From: a virus
IMG/VR virus record: IMGVR_UViG_3300036770_008442
Coordinates: 32,001-96,000 of that record
Direction: 5' to 3' (one strand)
DNA length: 64,000 nt
Of this stretch, positions 48,369 to 57,068 are shown piece by piece. The notes below the pieces were generated by a model that searched no databases, had not been told where the DNA came from, and saw nothing but the letters and a program-made list of their open reading frames with translations. Both the position numbers and the translations under genes were made by a program. Every line of letters begins with the position of its first letter. The first letter of the stretch is position 1.

Positions 48369-51116
48369 TTATCTTGAGCTTTTTATGGAGCTTTCGATGT
48401 CATTTACAAATTTCACAGCTTCTTCGAATCCTAATTCCCCTCTTTTAACTACTCTTTTTCTATCACCTACTCTAGAAAGTTTATTTCTTAAAATAACTTC
48501 AGTCGGTTGATCGAATCTGTCATATCTAATTTTTGCATATGTTACATTTTCCCAATCTGATATTGCCAGATTGTTTTTTAATTCCTCGGTACCAAATTGC
48601 TCAAGTGGATTTATCCCTTCTCTTGGTTTAGTATCCCTAATAATCGATGCATTTTTTCTAGATTTCAAGGAAAGATCACCACCATCTCCAGTATCTTCTT
48701 TATCCTCAACATCCTCTATTTCTATTTTTTCTTCAGGTTCTTCCTGTTGCTCCTCCTCTTTTTCTTCCTCCTTATATTCAAAAATTCCATATCTGGGGTT
48801 TTTCACCTTGTCGTCAGATGTAACCTCCACCCGAATTGGATCACCCTCTGACGGGCTCATACTAGAATTATCTACTACAAAATAATTGAAATCGCCTGGA
48901 TTTTCTAAAATTTCAGGATTTGCATATTCCTTTTCAACCACTTTATAAACTATGACTGGGATTTGACCATATTCATTGGAACTTGATGCAGGGGATTTTT
49001 CAGGATCGGTCTCGGGTTCAGGAAGACCCTGTGCCCATTTTTTATCATCCTCCGTCTCTTGGTTATCCTCCGTCTCTTGGTCAGGATCCTCTTCTTTCTT
49101 TTCTTCTCCTTTCTGATCTTCTTCTCTTTGTCCTTCTGCTTCTTCGCCCCTTGTTTTTTCCTCCTCCTTTTCATTACCAGCATCTTCTTCTTTCTCAGCT
49201 AACAGAGAGAATTCATCAAAAGATAATGCTCTATTTTTAGAGATTCTCTCTTCTTTATTATCAATCGTAAGAGATTCATTACTTTTCTCATCGATAACAG
49301 GAAAAATATTATCTAAGGGAAGATCTTTAATCTGTGATTCTGAAAGAAGAGATCCTTTTACGTTTACAACCTCTCCCGATTCGTTTGTATAATAGAAAAC
49401 GTAATCTTCTGAAGCATCTTTAGGAACTGTCAACGGATAGTCAGGTGCTTTTGAATATTCGTCCTGCAAGAGATCCCAATCACAAAATCCGACTAAAGAG
49501 GTCGAAAGCATGTAATCTTCTATATTAGGAATAGCAAGAATTCTAAGTTCTAGGTCATCGTTATCGGCAAATCCCCTTGAAAATTCAGAATCATTATCGA
49601 AAGAAAGCAGAACTAGATTGTTGTCTTCCACAACATTCTGAAGCATTTTGGAATTAACCTGGAGCAAAATAAAGATCGATCTATTCTCTTTTTGTCCTAT
49701 TTTTACAAGCTCCATGGTAGTTCTAGTGTCATTCTTGCTCATGCTCAATACATCTATAACAACATCCCATCCGCTTGCTCCTCCGTCACTAGTCCAACAG
49801 ACAGTAATAGATCTCCCAACCGGAATGTTTTTTGGTTTAAAAGATCCATATGCGAAATCATCAACCTCTGAAAATTTAGGAGCCTGTTTGTCGCTTAACC
49901 AATTCCAGGTTTGATTTATTCCACTGCCTACTACCTGAACAGCTAAAAGTATCCAACCAATCGGATTAGATGCCTCTGCAGCTACAGTGGCCCCAGCTGC
50001 TCCTCCGGCTGCTGCTCTAGCTCCGAAGATAGAAGCTGCTCTTGCTCCACCTGAAGCAACAAGTCTTTGTGCAGCTTGTTTTACACTTGTAGCTGCTGCT
50101 CCTCTTAATAATGCTCCGTTGCTTGCATAAGCAGCACCACCTTTAACAAAAGCCCCAGAAGGTAAAACCACCTTTCCAGCATTAAGTAAACCGGATAATC
50201 CAGCTCTAGATGCAAGTCTAGATCCAAAAGCTTTTAGACCCGCTAGCCCGCCTACTCTAGAAGAAGCAGGAGCCAAACTTCTGACAACTGCACTATTACC
50301 GAAACTATAAATATTTCTTGCAGTCTTTGCTAAAAGCCAGGTACTATAGATTCCACCAACAGCGGTAAGGGCTAAATAAATTCCGCCTATAGCACCCAGC
50401 CCAAGGGCAACATCAGCAACATATTTGGATATATCATCCAAAAGACTTTCTGTTTCTTTCACCTCTCCAGTAGGTATGGCGTAATCAAACTCACATAAAA
50501 TCAGATTCCCAACATCATATTTTCGGGTAATTCTAAGAGCACTTCTAGAACTATAAACAGGATTTCCCGCTTCATCCAAGAAATCAACAATTACAGCTTG
50601 TGGATCACCCTCTGGAAAATCTTCATCCACCGTTAATTCAGTCTTCAGTTTTCCTTCATTAATTAGTTTTTGTACCGCAAAAGTTAACTTCTGAAATTTA
50701 GCTAAAAACTCTTTATTTGGTGAATCCTCTTCCGACTCTTCCTCGTTCAGGCGAACATATTCAGAAAAAGAAATAACTTTTTTTCTCTCAATCAGATTAT
50801 AAACTTGATCCTCCGCGTAATCGTAAAAAATATTAGATGTTCTAGATGATTTTTCAAGGAGAGCTTGAGATTTTTTATAGATGTTTTCTGCAGATTCAGC
50901 TTGCCATGATCTAGGATTTGATTCTAGCCATTTTTTCCATTTGTCTGTATACGTCCACCATTGAAAATCATTCAAAGAGAGTTCTTCTCCTTCAAGATCC
51001 ATAGGAATATTTATAATGGGAAATAGATTATCCTTAGAAATTTGACTCGGATTTACAGATTGGTCAGTTCCAGCAGTTCCTATGAACTTTAGACCTTTTT
51101 TAAAAGCTATAATCAT
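48369..51116 (-). CDS. 915-aa protein with Ala/Gly-rich hydrophobic region and acidic linkers, probable virion protein
   Basis: Hydrophobic VALGLGAIGGIYLALTAVGGIY and NPIGWILLAVQVVG segments; internal ISFSEY..LNE and LSFDEF..LAE motifs. Confidence 0.65.
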   Translation of the reverse strand: MIIAFKKGLKFIGTAGTDQSVNPSQISKDNLFPIINIPMDLEGEELSLNDFQWWTYTDKWKKWLESNPRSWQAESAENIYKKSQALLEKSSRTSNIFYDYAEDQVYNLIERKKVISFSEYVRLNEEESEEDSPNKEFLAKFQKLTFAVQKLINEGKLKTELTVDEDFPEGDPQAVIVDFLDEAGNPVYSSRSALRITRKYDVGNLILCEFDYAIPTGEVKETESLLDDISKYVADVALGLGAIGGIYLALTAVGGIYSTWLLAKTARNIYSFGNSAVVRSLAPASSRVGGLAGLKAFGSRLASRAGLSGLLNAGKVVLPSGAFVKGGAAYASNGALLRGAAATSVKQAAQRLVASGGARAASIFGARAAAGGAAGATVAAEASNPIGWILLAVQVVGSGINQTWNWLSDKQAPKFSEVDDFAYGSFKPKNIPVGRSITVCWTSDGGASGWDVVIDVLSMSKNDTRTTMELVKIGQKENRSIFILLQVNSKMLQNVVEDNNLVLLSFDNDSEFSRGFADNDDLELRILAIPNIEDYMLSTSLVGFCDWDLLQDEYSKAPDYPLTVPKDASEDYVFYYTNESGEVVNVKGSLLSESQIKDLPLDNIFPVIDEKSNESLTIDNKEERISKNRALSFDEFSLLAEKEEDAGNEKEEEKTRGEEAEGQREEDQKGEEKKEEDPDQETEDNQETEDDKKWAQGLPEPETDPEKSPASSSNEYGQIPVIVYKVVEKEYANPEILENPGDFNYFVVDNSSMSPSEGDPIRVEVTSDDKVKNPRYGIFEYKEEEKEEEQQEEPEEKIEIEDVEDKEDTGDGGDLSLKSRKNASIIRDTKPREGINPLEQFGTEELKNNLAISDWENVTYAKIRYDRFDQPTEVILRNKLSRVGDRKRVVKRGELGFEEAVKFVNDIESSIKSSR

Positions 51117-51127
51117 CTTTTATTTTT

Positions 51128-51919
51128 TTATTCAGAATAAATCCTAGAATAAGATTTAGAAATTAGACTTATTAATTTCTCTATATATCCACTATTTCTA
51201 AGCTTTTTAAAGACAAGATTACCGACTGAAAATTCCCCGGATTTTTGCAATCCGTCCTTTCTCATTTTTTGAATTTTTGTTTTTAAATTATTCAGTCTTT
51301 TATAAAGATCTTTAGCATTTTCGGGGAGTCTAGAAGCCAAGACAAGATCTGACTCCATCTTATTTATTTCAGCTACTATTCCCTCAAACTTTTTTGTTAC
51401 ATCTTGCTCATCGATACTAGGCGGATCAAATTTGGGCTTTCTGATCCATTTTCCATTTTTTAAAGAGTATAGACCAGATGCAGTGTGAGGTTCAGAGACA
51501 TCCTGAAGATAGAGCTCAACATCATGACCTCTAATTACAACATCATGTCTCAGATTCCAAATAAATCTTATTCCGTCAATAGCGACTTTTAAAGCCTCTT
51601 TTGGAACTTTTATTTTAGAAAAATCCACTAAGACATGGACATCTAAATCCGAATTTTCAGTGTAATTAAAATTAGAAAGGGATCCGGTGAGCTGAATGTC
51701 ACTGATTTCAACATTCCCTATCAGTTCCTCAAATTTCTCAAAAAAATCTTTGGATATTCTAATTAATTTTTTTCTAACTAGAGAATCAAATACCCACTCT
51801 TTTTTACCATCTTTAGTCTTATACGAATCCCAGAATTTTGGATTTAATTCATCATTATAAAACTCTCCTATCTTTGATTCGTTTAAAAAATATGAAGAAA
51901 AACTTTTAATTTGGCCCAC
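51128..51919 (-). CDS. Nucleotidyltransferase (Pol beta superfamily)
   Basis: LTGSLSNFNYTENSDLDVHV (GS...DxD) plus a third acidic residue in DVELY. GTG start. Confidence 0.8.
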   Translation of the reverse strand: MGQIKSFSSYFLNESKIGEFYNDELNPKFWDSYKTKDGKKEWVFDSLVRKKLIRISKDFFEKFEELIGNVEISDIQLTGSLSNFNYTENSDLDVHVLVDFSKIKVPKEALKVAIDGIRFIWNLRHDVVIRGHDVELYLQDVSEPHTASGLYSLKNGKWIRKPKFDPPSIDEQDVTKKFEGIVAEINKMESDLVLASRLPENAKDLYKRLNNLKTKIQKMRKDGLQKSGEFSVGNLVFKKLRNSGYIEKLISLISKSYSRIYSE

Positions 51920-51959
51920 AAAAAAAGGATTATTTGGAATTTATATATCCAAATAATCC
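51920..51959 (-). terminator. Intrinsic terminator containing the GATATATA motif (51942-51949)
   Basis: GGATTATTTGGA-TATATAAAT-TCCAAATAATCC-TTTTTTT-GTG: perfect 12-bp stem, T7 tract, then the start codon. Confidence 0.85.
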
Positions 51960-51981
51960 AGAGTTAATTTTTTATAGTCTA

Positions 51982-52686
51982 CTAGAAAGATACCCTTTGC
52001 AAAATTTCTATAACTGTTTTTACATCTCTTTCGCAATAAGATGCAATTTCCTCAATTGGGTTTCCGGACCAATAATGGAGATTAACTTTAGATCCATCGA
52101 TTTGATCCTTGGGAGAATCTATTCCCAGTGAACAAGAAAGAAGATCCAGGGATAGATATCTTTGTTGGGACCAACTACCAAATGAAAATATTTCAGATGT
52201 ATCTAAATAATTAATCTCCCATGGTTTTTTATTCCACACCATTAAATTTGAAGGAAGATATTCTGGACCAAGAGTATACAGAATTCTCTTGCCCAAACAA
52301 GGAACATCAAATCCCTTTATGTTGTGCCCAGTCAGCCTCAAATTTTTAAGGTTGGCATTTGAAATAACTTTAAAGCATTTTTTAAGAATTTCCTCCTCGT
52401 TCTCGTCATAAAAAGAATTAATTCGGACCGATCCCTCATGAATTACTCCAAAGGAGACACAAATAATTTTACAAAATTCAGGCTCCAAAGAAGCTTTTTC
52501 GAGGTATATCTGGGCATCGTCAAGATCTCTCATTTCCTCATAAGTAGATCTATAATATTTAGCTCTGCGAGACCATAATAATGCAAGACGGGGTGATTCC
52601 TCTTCCAGAATACGAAAATCTGATTTCTGCGTGACTGTCTCGATATCTAAAAAGAGACAGCTTTCTAATATTCTTTTCTCTATCAT
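51982..52686 (-). CDS. 3'-5' exonuclease (DEDDy, PolB-exo-like)
   Basis: FLDIET, GHNIKGFD, YCERDV are the Exo I/II/III motifs. Confidence 0.88.
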   Translation of the reverse strand: MIEKRILESCLFLDIETVTQKSDFRILEEESPRLALLWSRRAKYYRSTYEEMRDLDDAQIYLEKASLEPEFCKIICVSFGVIHEGSVRINSFYDENEEEILKKCFKVISNANLKNLRLTGHNIKGFDVPCLGKRILYTLGPEYLPSNLMVWNKKPWEINYLDTSEIFSFGSWSQQRYLSLDLLSCSLGIDSPKDQIDGSKVNLHYWSGNPIEEIASYCERDVKTVIEILQRVSF

Positions 52687-53462
52687 TTTTTTGTAATTTT
52701 TTTGGGATCATACCAAAATCTACGACCATTTACGTCAACAACATTATTCATAGCCGGATTTCTATAACATAAAATTAGATCGCTTATGTTTGAAACCTCT
52801 CCGAATGGATTTTTCCAGTCCTGTAGTTGTCCCCCGCCTAACTCATAAACTTTTAGAGGTATATCTCGGCAAAGATCTAGAATTTCCGGATTTTTTTCTA
52901 TTGCGAGTTTAGAACTAGTCCAGGGATCCAAATCAACCCGATATAAAATTTCGGCTCTGAGATAATTCCCAATTCCATTAAACCATTTTTGGTTCATTAA
53001 AACCTCAAAAATAGGTTTGCTAAAATCCCTGGAATTAAATCCATTCGTATAAATATTTTGACAGAATTCCTCGAATTCAAAGGTGGGATCTGGCCCTCTG
53101 TTTTCACTCCAATTTCCCCAATTCCATCTGCCAAATCTTCTAACATCCACAAAAGACAAAGAACCAAATTCGGATTGAAAACTAAGGTGAGCATGTTTAG
53201 CAATCTGACCCGGTTCTAACCATTTAAAAAATCCACCCATGCCCATAGTCATCATCAGATTGGATTTTCTTTCGGATTCAAGATCAGCTAGGATAAGCAT
53301 GATCTCCTTCCCCCTACTCAAGGACCTGATCGTAAAATTAGGAGAGAATTCTATCTCTTTTCCTTTATGAACTGGATTTTTTCTAATTGTTTTAAAGATC
53401 ACCCCTTCCGACATCCGATTGACATAATCAGAAGTCAATTTCAATTCAGCTAATTCTGGCAT
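52683..53462 (-). CDS. mutM: Fpg/Nei family DNA glycosylase
   Basis: MPELAE N-terminus, RGKE, FVDVRRFG, LMNQKWFNGIGNYLRAEILY (H2TH). No zinc finger. Confidence 0.9.
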   Translation of the reverse strand: MPELAELKLTSDYVNRMSEGVIFKTIRKNPVHKGKEIEFSPNFTIRSLSRGKEIMLILADLESERKSNLMMTMGMGGFFKWLEPGQIAKHAHLSFQSEFGSLSFVDVRRFGRWNWGNWSENRGPDPTFEFEEFCQNIYTNGFNSRDFSKPIFEVLMNQKWFNGIGNYLRAEILYRVDLDPWTSSKLAIEKNPEILDLCRDIPLKVYELGGGQLQDWKNPFGEVSNISDLILCYRNPAMNNVVDVNGRRFWYDPKKITKK

Positions 53463-53504
53463 TATGTTTTTATTGGCCTAAAGTAATCAAATTGAGGTCA
53501 TTAA

Positions 53505-54395
53505 TTACTTAGAAGAAATTTTAGAAATAACCTTGGGTTTTAAAGAAAGATAATCCATCATATATTTAACACAGGATTCATCCCCCGCTGGGGATTCTAT
53601 AACACAATCCAAATTTAAACTAAAAGTTGGAATTCGGTGGCTTAAAAACTTCGATGGTTCTTTAGAAAGGGCTAATCCATTTTCATCTATCTGATCAGGC
53701 TCTCCGTGGATCATAATTGGGATTTGTCCTAGTTCCCAAGTGGAAACGCTAAGAAAAAGTGCTTCTCTAAAAGAAAGACCTCCACTATTAAAAGAATGGG
53801 AAAGAGATCTGAAAGTAATTGGAATTCCGCAATCGTAATAAACACCAGACAATAAATCTGTTACAGAAAAAAGACTGGGTTTTTCATCATTACAGACAGT
53901 AATTAATTTCTTGACATTCTGAGGCAATGAATTAACCACCATAGAAAATCTTCTTGCCGTTTCTTTCCTATTTGAATATGCGGTCCCGATTCTTAAACAT
54001 ATGGATCTGGAAGAAATACCTAACAGATCTAAAAAATGGGAAATTTTTATCAATTCTCTTTTAGTCTCCCTGACTACTTCTGATTTTTGAGATCCTAGAA
54101 AGAAATAGGACGGTAGATAAAAAATGATACGATGTGGGTTCTCATCGTTAATCTCTTTCGCAAAGTTTTCAATACTCAAAACCAGGTTTTGTGGTTCTGC
54201 TGTAAAGTCAGGAAATATAAAATTAGGGGGTATGGTAAAACAAGAAACTTTAATACCTAAAGAAATATCAGCAAATACCCGGTCTACAAAAATATTCAGA
54301 AATCCTTGACCCGTAGAGGGATCAGAAGAATTTATGTTTTTTAAAAAAACATTATTTATACACCCAATATTATTGGTTCCCCTGTTAAGTATCAT
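53505..54395 (-). CDS. UV-damage endonuclease (UvsE/UvdE)-like protein, catalytic motifs degenerate
   Basis: CNDEKPSLFSVTDLL...GIPITF...GGLSFREALFLSVSTW...PIMIH follows the UvsE C-terminal layout. Confidence 0.65.
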   Translation of the reverse strand: MILNRGTNNIGCINNVFLKNINSSDPSTGQGFLNIFVDRVFADISLGIKVSCFTIPPNFIFPDFTAEPQNLVLSIENFAKEINDENPHRIIFYLPSYFFLGSQKSEVVRETKRELIKISHFLDLLGISSRSICLRIGTAYSNRKETARRFSMVVNSLPQNVKKLITVCNDEKPSLFSVTDLLSGVYYDCGIPITFRSLSHSFNSGGLSFREALFLSVSTWELGQIPIMIHGEPDQIDENGLALSKEPSKFLSHRIPTFSLNLDCVIESPAGDESCVKYMMDYLSLKPKVISKISSK

Positions 54396-54402
54396 ACCAT
54401 GA

Positions 54403-54433
54403 TTTTTACAGGGTAATTTAATGAAAGTTTCCC
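54403..54433 (-). promoter_or_regulatory. Bipartite promoter-like motif GGGAAACTT-N12-CCTGTAAAAA
   Basis: Identical boxes and spacing to 58862-58892; heads the repair genes. Confidence 0.65.
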
Positions 54434-54916
54434 TTAACTGCCAGTCGATTCAACCCCTAAATCTGTGTTATTGAAAACAGTAGGAGAATTATAGACATCT
54501 GAAGGGAATGAATCAAATTTAAATTTAGAGATCACTTCCATATGTCCCTTATTACCATTATCCACAAATTCGACCGTATCTGGAATCAACTCAAGAACTT
54601 CTTCTTTCTTTTTTCCCTTAGAATTAACTTGTGCAAAATACCGATATGATTTATTATCAGGTGATCTTTCAGATCTAACGATCATACCAGCAACCTTTTT
54701 TTTATCATTAATAGGAACTCCAATTACGATGTCCCCTATTTGAAATTCAGATCCTTTGATATTTCTTTTGACGTTTGGATCTGGTCCTACACTCACAGAA
54801 AGATCCTTATAGGGCTTATATTGAATCTTAAATATGCCGTTAGCCCCACCATATCCGTAAGTATCTCCAAAAACCCCGACATCAAAAAATTCATTTATGC
54901 TCTTTAGGTGTTTCAA
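54434..54916 (-). CDS. Hypothetical protein (start moved to TTG 54916, MKHLKSINEF)
   Basis: GATAAATA 20 nt upstream, A-rich leader, and the move removes overlap with the upstream gene. Confidence 0.6.
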   Translation of the reverse strand: MKHLKSINEFFDVGVFGDTYGYGGANGIFKIQYKPYKDLSVSVGPDPNVKRNIKGSEFQIGDIVIGVPINDKKKVAGMIVRSERSPDNKSYRYFAQVNSKGKKKEEVLELIPDTVEFVDNGNKGHMEVISKFKFDSFPSDVYNSPTVFNNTDLGVESTGS

Positions 54917-54935
54917 AATTAAAAAAATATTTCTA

Positions 54936-55478
54936 CTATTTATCCGATTCAGATCCAGCATCTGCCAGATCTAAAATATCTTTTATCTTCTTGGCTAATT
55001 CGTAATTCTCTTTCTTCAAAGCACTCTCCATCATATCGCTTAAGATTTTATATCCTGGGTTTTCGGAGATCTGGGATGGTGCTGCATTAACAGTCAAGCA
55101 GATTCTCTGGGGAGAATAGATAACCTCTAATCTAGAATCAAAATTAGCAATCTCTTCTTCCGGAGAATCAGATTCATCCAATTCTTGATCTTGATCTATT
55201 TCTATATTTCCCCATTCTTGATTGAACCAAAATATCATCCATTGGCCATAAGCTAATTTTGAAACATCATTCTCTATGGCAAATTTAATTAAAGATTTAA
55301 GCTCATTTTTTATATCGTTTTTTGTCAACGATTCTGAATAAATTTTCCTTTTAATTCCGGGAATCACCTCACTTCCTTCCCCTACCCCGAATTTAAATAC
55401 TTTATGTACTTGATAAATTGAATCCCAATCCAGACTAGATATGGTGGTGTCAATTAATTTCTGAAAATCTTTTCTCAT
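54936..55478 (-). CDS. Hypothetical protein with C-terminal UVR (UvrB/UvrC) motif
   Basis: LSDMMESALKKENYELAKKIKDIL. Confidence 0.65.
   Translation of the reverse strand: MRKDFQKLIDTTISSLDWDSIYQVHKVFKFGVGEGSEVIPGIKRKIYSESLTKNDIKNELKSLIKFAIENDVSKLAYGQWMIFWFNQEWGNIEIDQDQELDESDSPEEEIANFDSRLEVIYSPQRICLTVNAAPSQISENPGYKILSDMMESALKKENYELAKKIKDILDLADAGSESDK
54937..54944 (-). promoter_or_regulatory. GATAAATA late-promoter-like motif
   Basis: Overlaps the stop of the upstream gene. Confidence 0.5.
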
Positions 55479-55494
55479 ATCGATTATTATATTC

Positions 55495-55502
55495 TATATA
55501 TC
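55495..55502 (-). promoter_or_regulatory. GATATATA late-promoter-like motif
   Basis: Intergenic, 16 nt before ATG 55478. Confidence 0.55.
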
Positions 55503-55506
55503 AAGA

Positions 55507-55938
55507 TTATTTCAGATCCATTGACATTTGTTGAGAAATATGGGCAATCCAATCAGAATATTCATTGGGATAAAACTTTTTAAGATCCTGAATTTCTCTC
55601 TTTGAAATTTCGAATTTTTCCATCACAAACTTTTCAGCCTCTTGATTATGATCGACCTTAATTGCTGATTTTAGGGGATTCTCAGATTTTTTTGTCTTGG
55701 TAAAAATCCAATTTGGGGTCTTGGTATAATATCTACTTAAATTATTATGCCACCAATCCACAACAGGTCTTGGGGAGATTTTAGTGTGATTAAATTGGTT
55801 AGCTTGGACTGGAAATTGGATACTCATGATCCTATTTACCATAAAGAAATTTTTGGTCTTATCGTTTCTGCTAACCTTATTCCAGTCTTTTTCGGACTTG
55901 AAAATTTTTTTTACTAATTCAAAAAGTTCCATCTTCAA
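55507..55938 (-). CDS. Possible clamp loader small subunit (T4 gp62-like)
   Basis: MELFE..., FFMVNRIMS motif, size, and location in the gp44 operon. Confidence 0.5.
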   Translation of the reverse strand: MKMELFELVKKIFKSEKDWNKVSRNDKTKNFFMVNRIMSIQFPVQANQFNHTKISPRPVVDWWHNNLSRYYTKTPNWIFTKTKKSENPLKSAIKVDHNQEAEKFVMEKFEISKREIQDLKKFYPNEYSDWIAHISQQMSMDLK

Positions 55939-57068
55939 AAACTATTAAAAGGATCAAAATGTTTAGGAACAGACTGCGTAGTAACCCAATTAGTTCCCTC
56001 TAGAATTTTAATACGATCTAGAGTTATAGATTTTTTTTCCAGATTAATTCCCCTTTTAATTTCCGATATAATCCCACTTATTACGCTCATCGGAATAACT
56101 TTCTTATCCAGCCACATAAGCTTGTAATTCAATAAAAGATTTTTTGCAGCCTTCTCCCTATTTTCCTTATTATCCACGTCTTGCATAAGACGTAGAATTA
56201 ATTTGGAAATAAAATCAAGAAATTCCTCATCCCCTATCAAAGAATCAAATCCGTCATTATTCCATCTGGAATCCAAAAAAGACTCCATAATTTGGTCTGC
56301 TTTTTTAGGGGTTATCCTGTGGATTTTACCAGATTTCTCCATTTCCCAAGCGCTAGGAACATTATCTCCCTTGTCCCCTATTAGCATCTTATTAAAGATG
56401 TAATATTTTGGATCTACTTCTTGAAGATCAGCTTTCTTAATTAAACTCCGGAGCTTGTCCTTATCTGGATCTAACAAGGATCCCATACTAAATACAGTAG
56501 GCTGATCTACCGTATCTAACCACTTTTCTTTCCATCCAATTGGGGTTGTGAGAACATTATTTTTAGAATTATTACTCCAGACCAACGTCCAATTGTCTTT
56601 ATTCCACCTAGCCAATTGATGCAGATCCTTATCTGCAGAAACAACTATACAATTTTCTCCCTTTGTTGTAAAATAGTCTGACCAAAAATAAAGAAGGTCA
56701 TCACCCTCGGCACCTTCGGATTTAGAATAAATAAATCCCATTTTTTCAAGGTGATTACCAAAAGAGTGTAACAAATTAAAAAAGATGCTCCAATCAACCT
56801 CTTCATCTTTTATCCGGTTTGCCTTATAACCCCCACCTTCTATCTGAACATCCTTTCTCCAGCTTCTACTATCTGCAGTGAAGATCAATCTTCCTCCAGT
56901 GGGAATGCTTCTAAGAGAAGAACAAAGATCTGTCGATATTTTTCGGATAAACATGGATTGGTCAGATTCACTGCCAAGAATTTCTGCTGGGTTTTTAGAT
57001 CCCCAGCCTCCAAAAACACCCAGTGTTTTATGGAAAATATAGTTACCGTCTATTAGAACGTTTATCAT
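55935..57068 (-). CDS. rnh: 5'-3' exonuclease / T4 RNase H-like flap nuclease
   Basis: LIDGN, SWRK, YKANR, AEGDD, VSADKDLHQL, GDKGDNVP. Confidence 0.9.
   Translation of the reverse strand: MINVLIDGNYIFHKTLGVFGGWGSKNPAEILGSESDQSMFIRKISTDLCSSLRSIPTGGRLIFTADSRSWRKDVQIEGGGYKANRIKDEEVDWSIFFNLLHSFGNHLEKMGFIYSKSEGAEGDDLLYFWSDYFTTKGENCIVVSADKDLHQLARWNKDNWTLVWSNNSKNNVLTTPIGWKEKWLDTVDQPTVFSMGSLLDPDKDKLRSLIKKADLQEVDPKYYIFNKMLIGDKGDNVPSAWEMEKSGKIHRITPKKADQIMESFLDSRWNNDGFDSLIGDEEFLDFISKLILRLMQDVDNKENREKAAKNLLLNYKLMWLDKKVIPMSVISGIISEIKRGINLEKKSITLDRIKILEGTNWVTTQSVPKHFDPFNSF

Noticed and set aside
49045-49085. Short direct repeat encoding QETED twice
   Set aside because: Local duplication in a low-complexity acidic linker.
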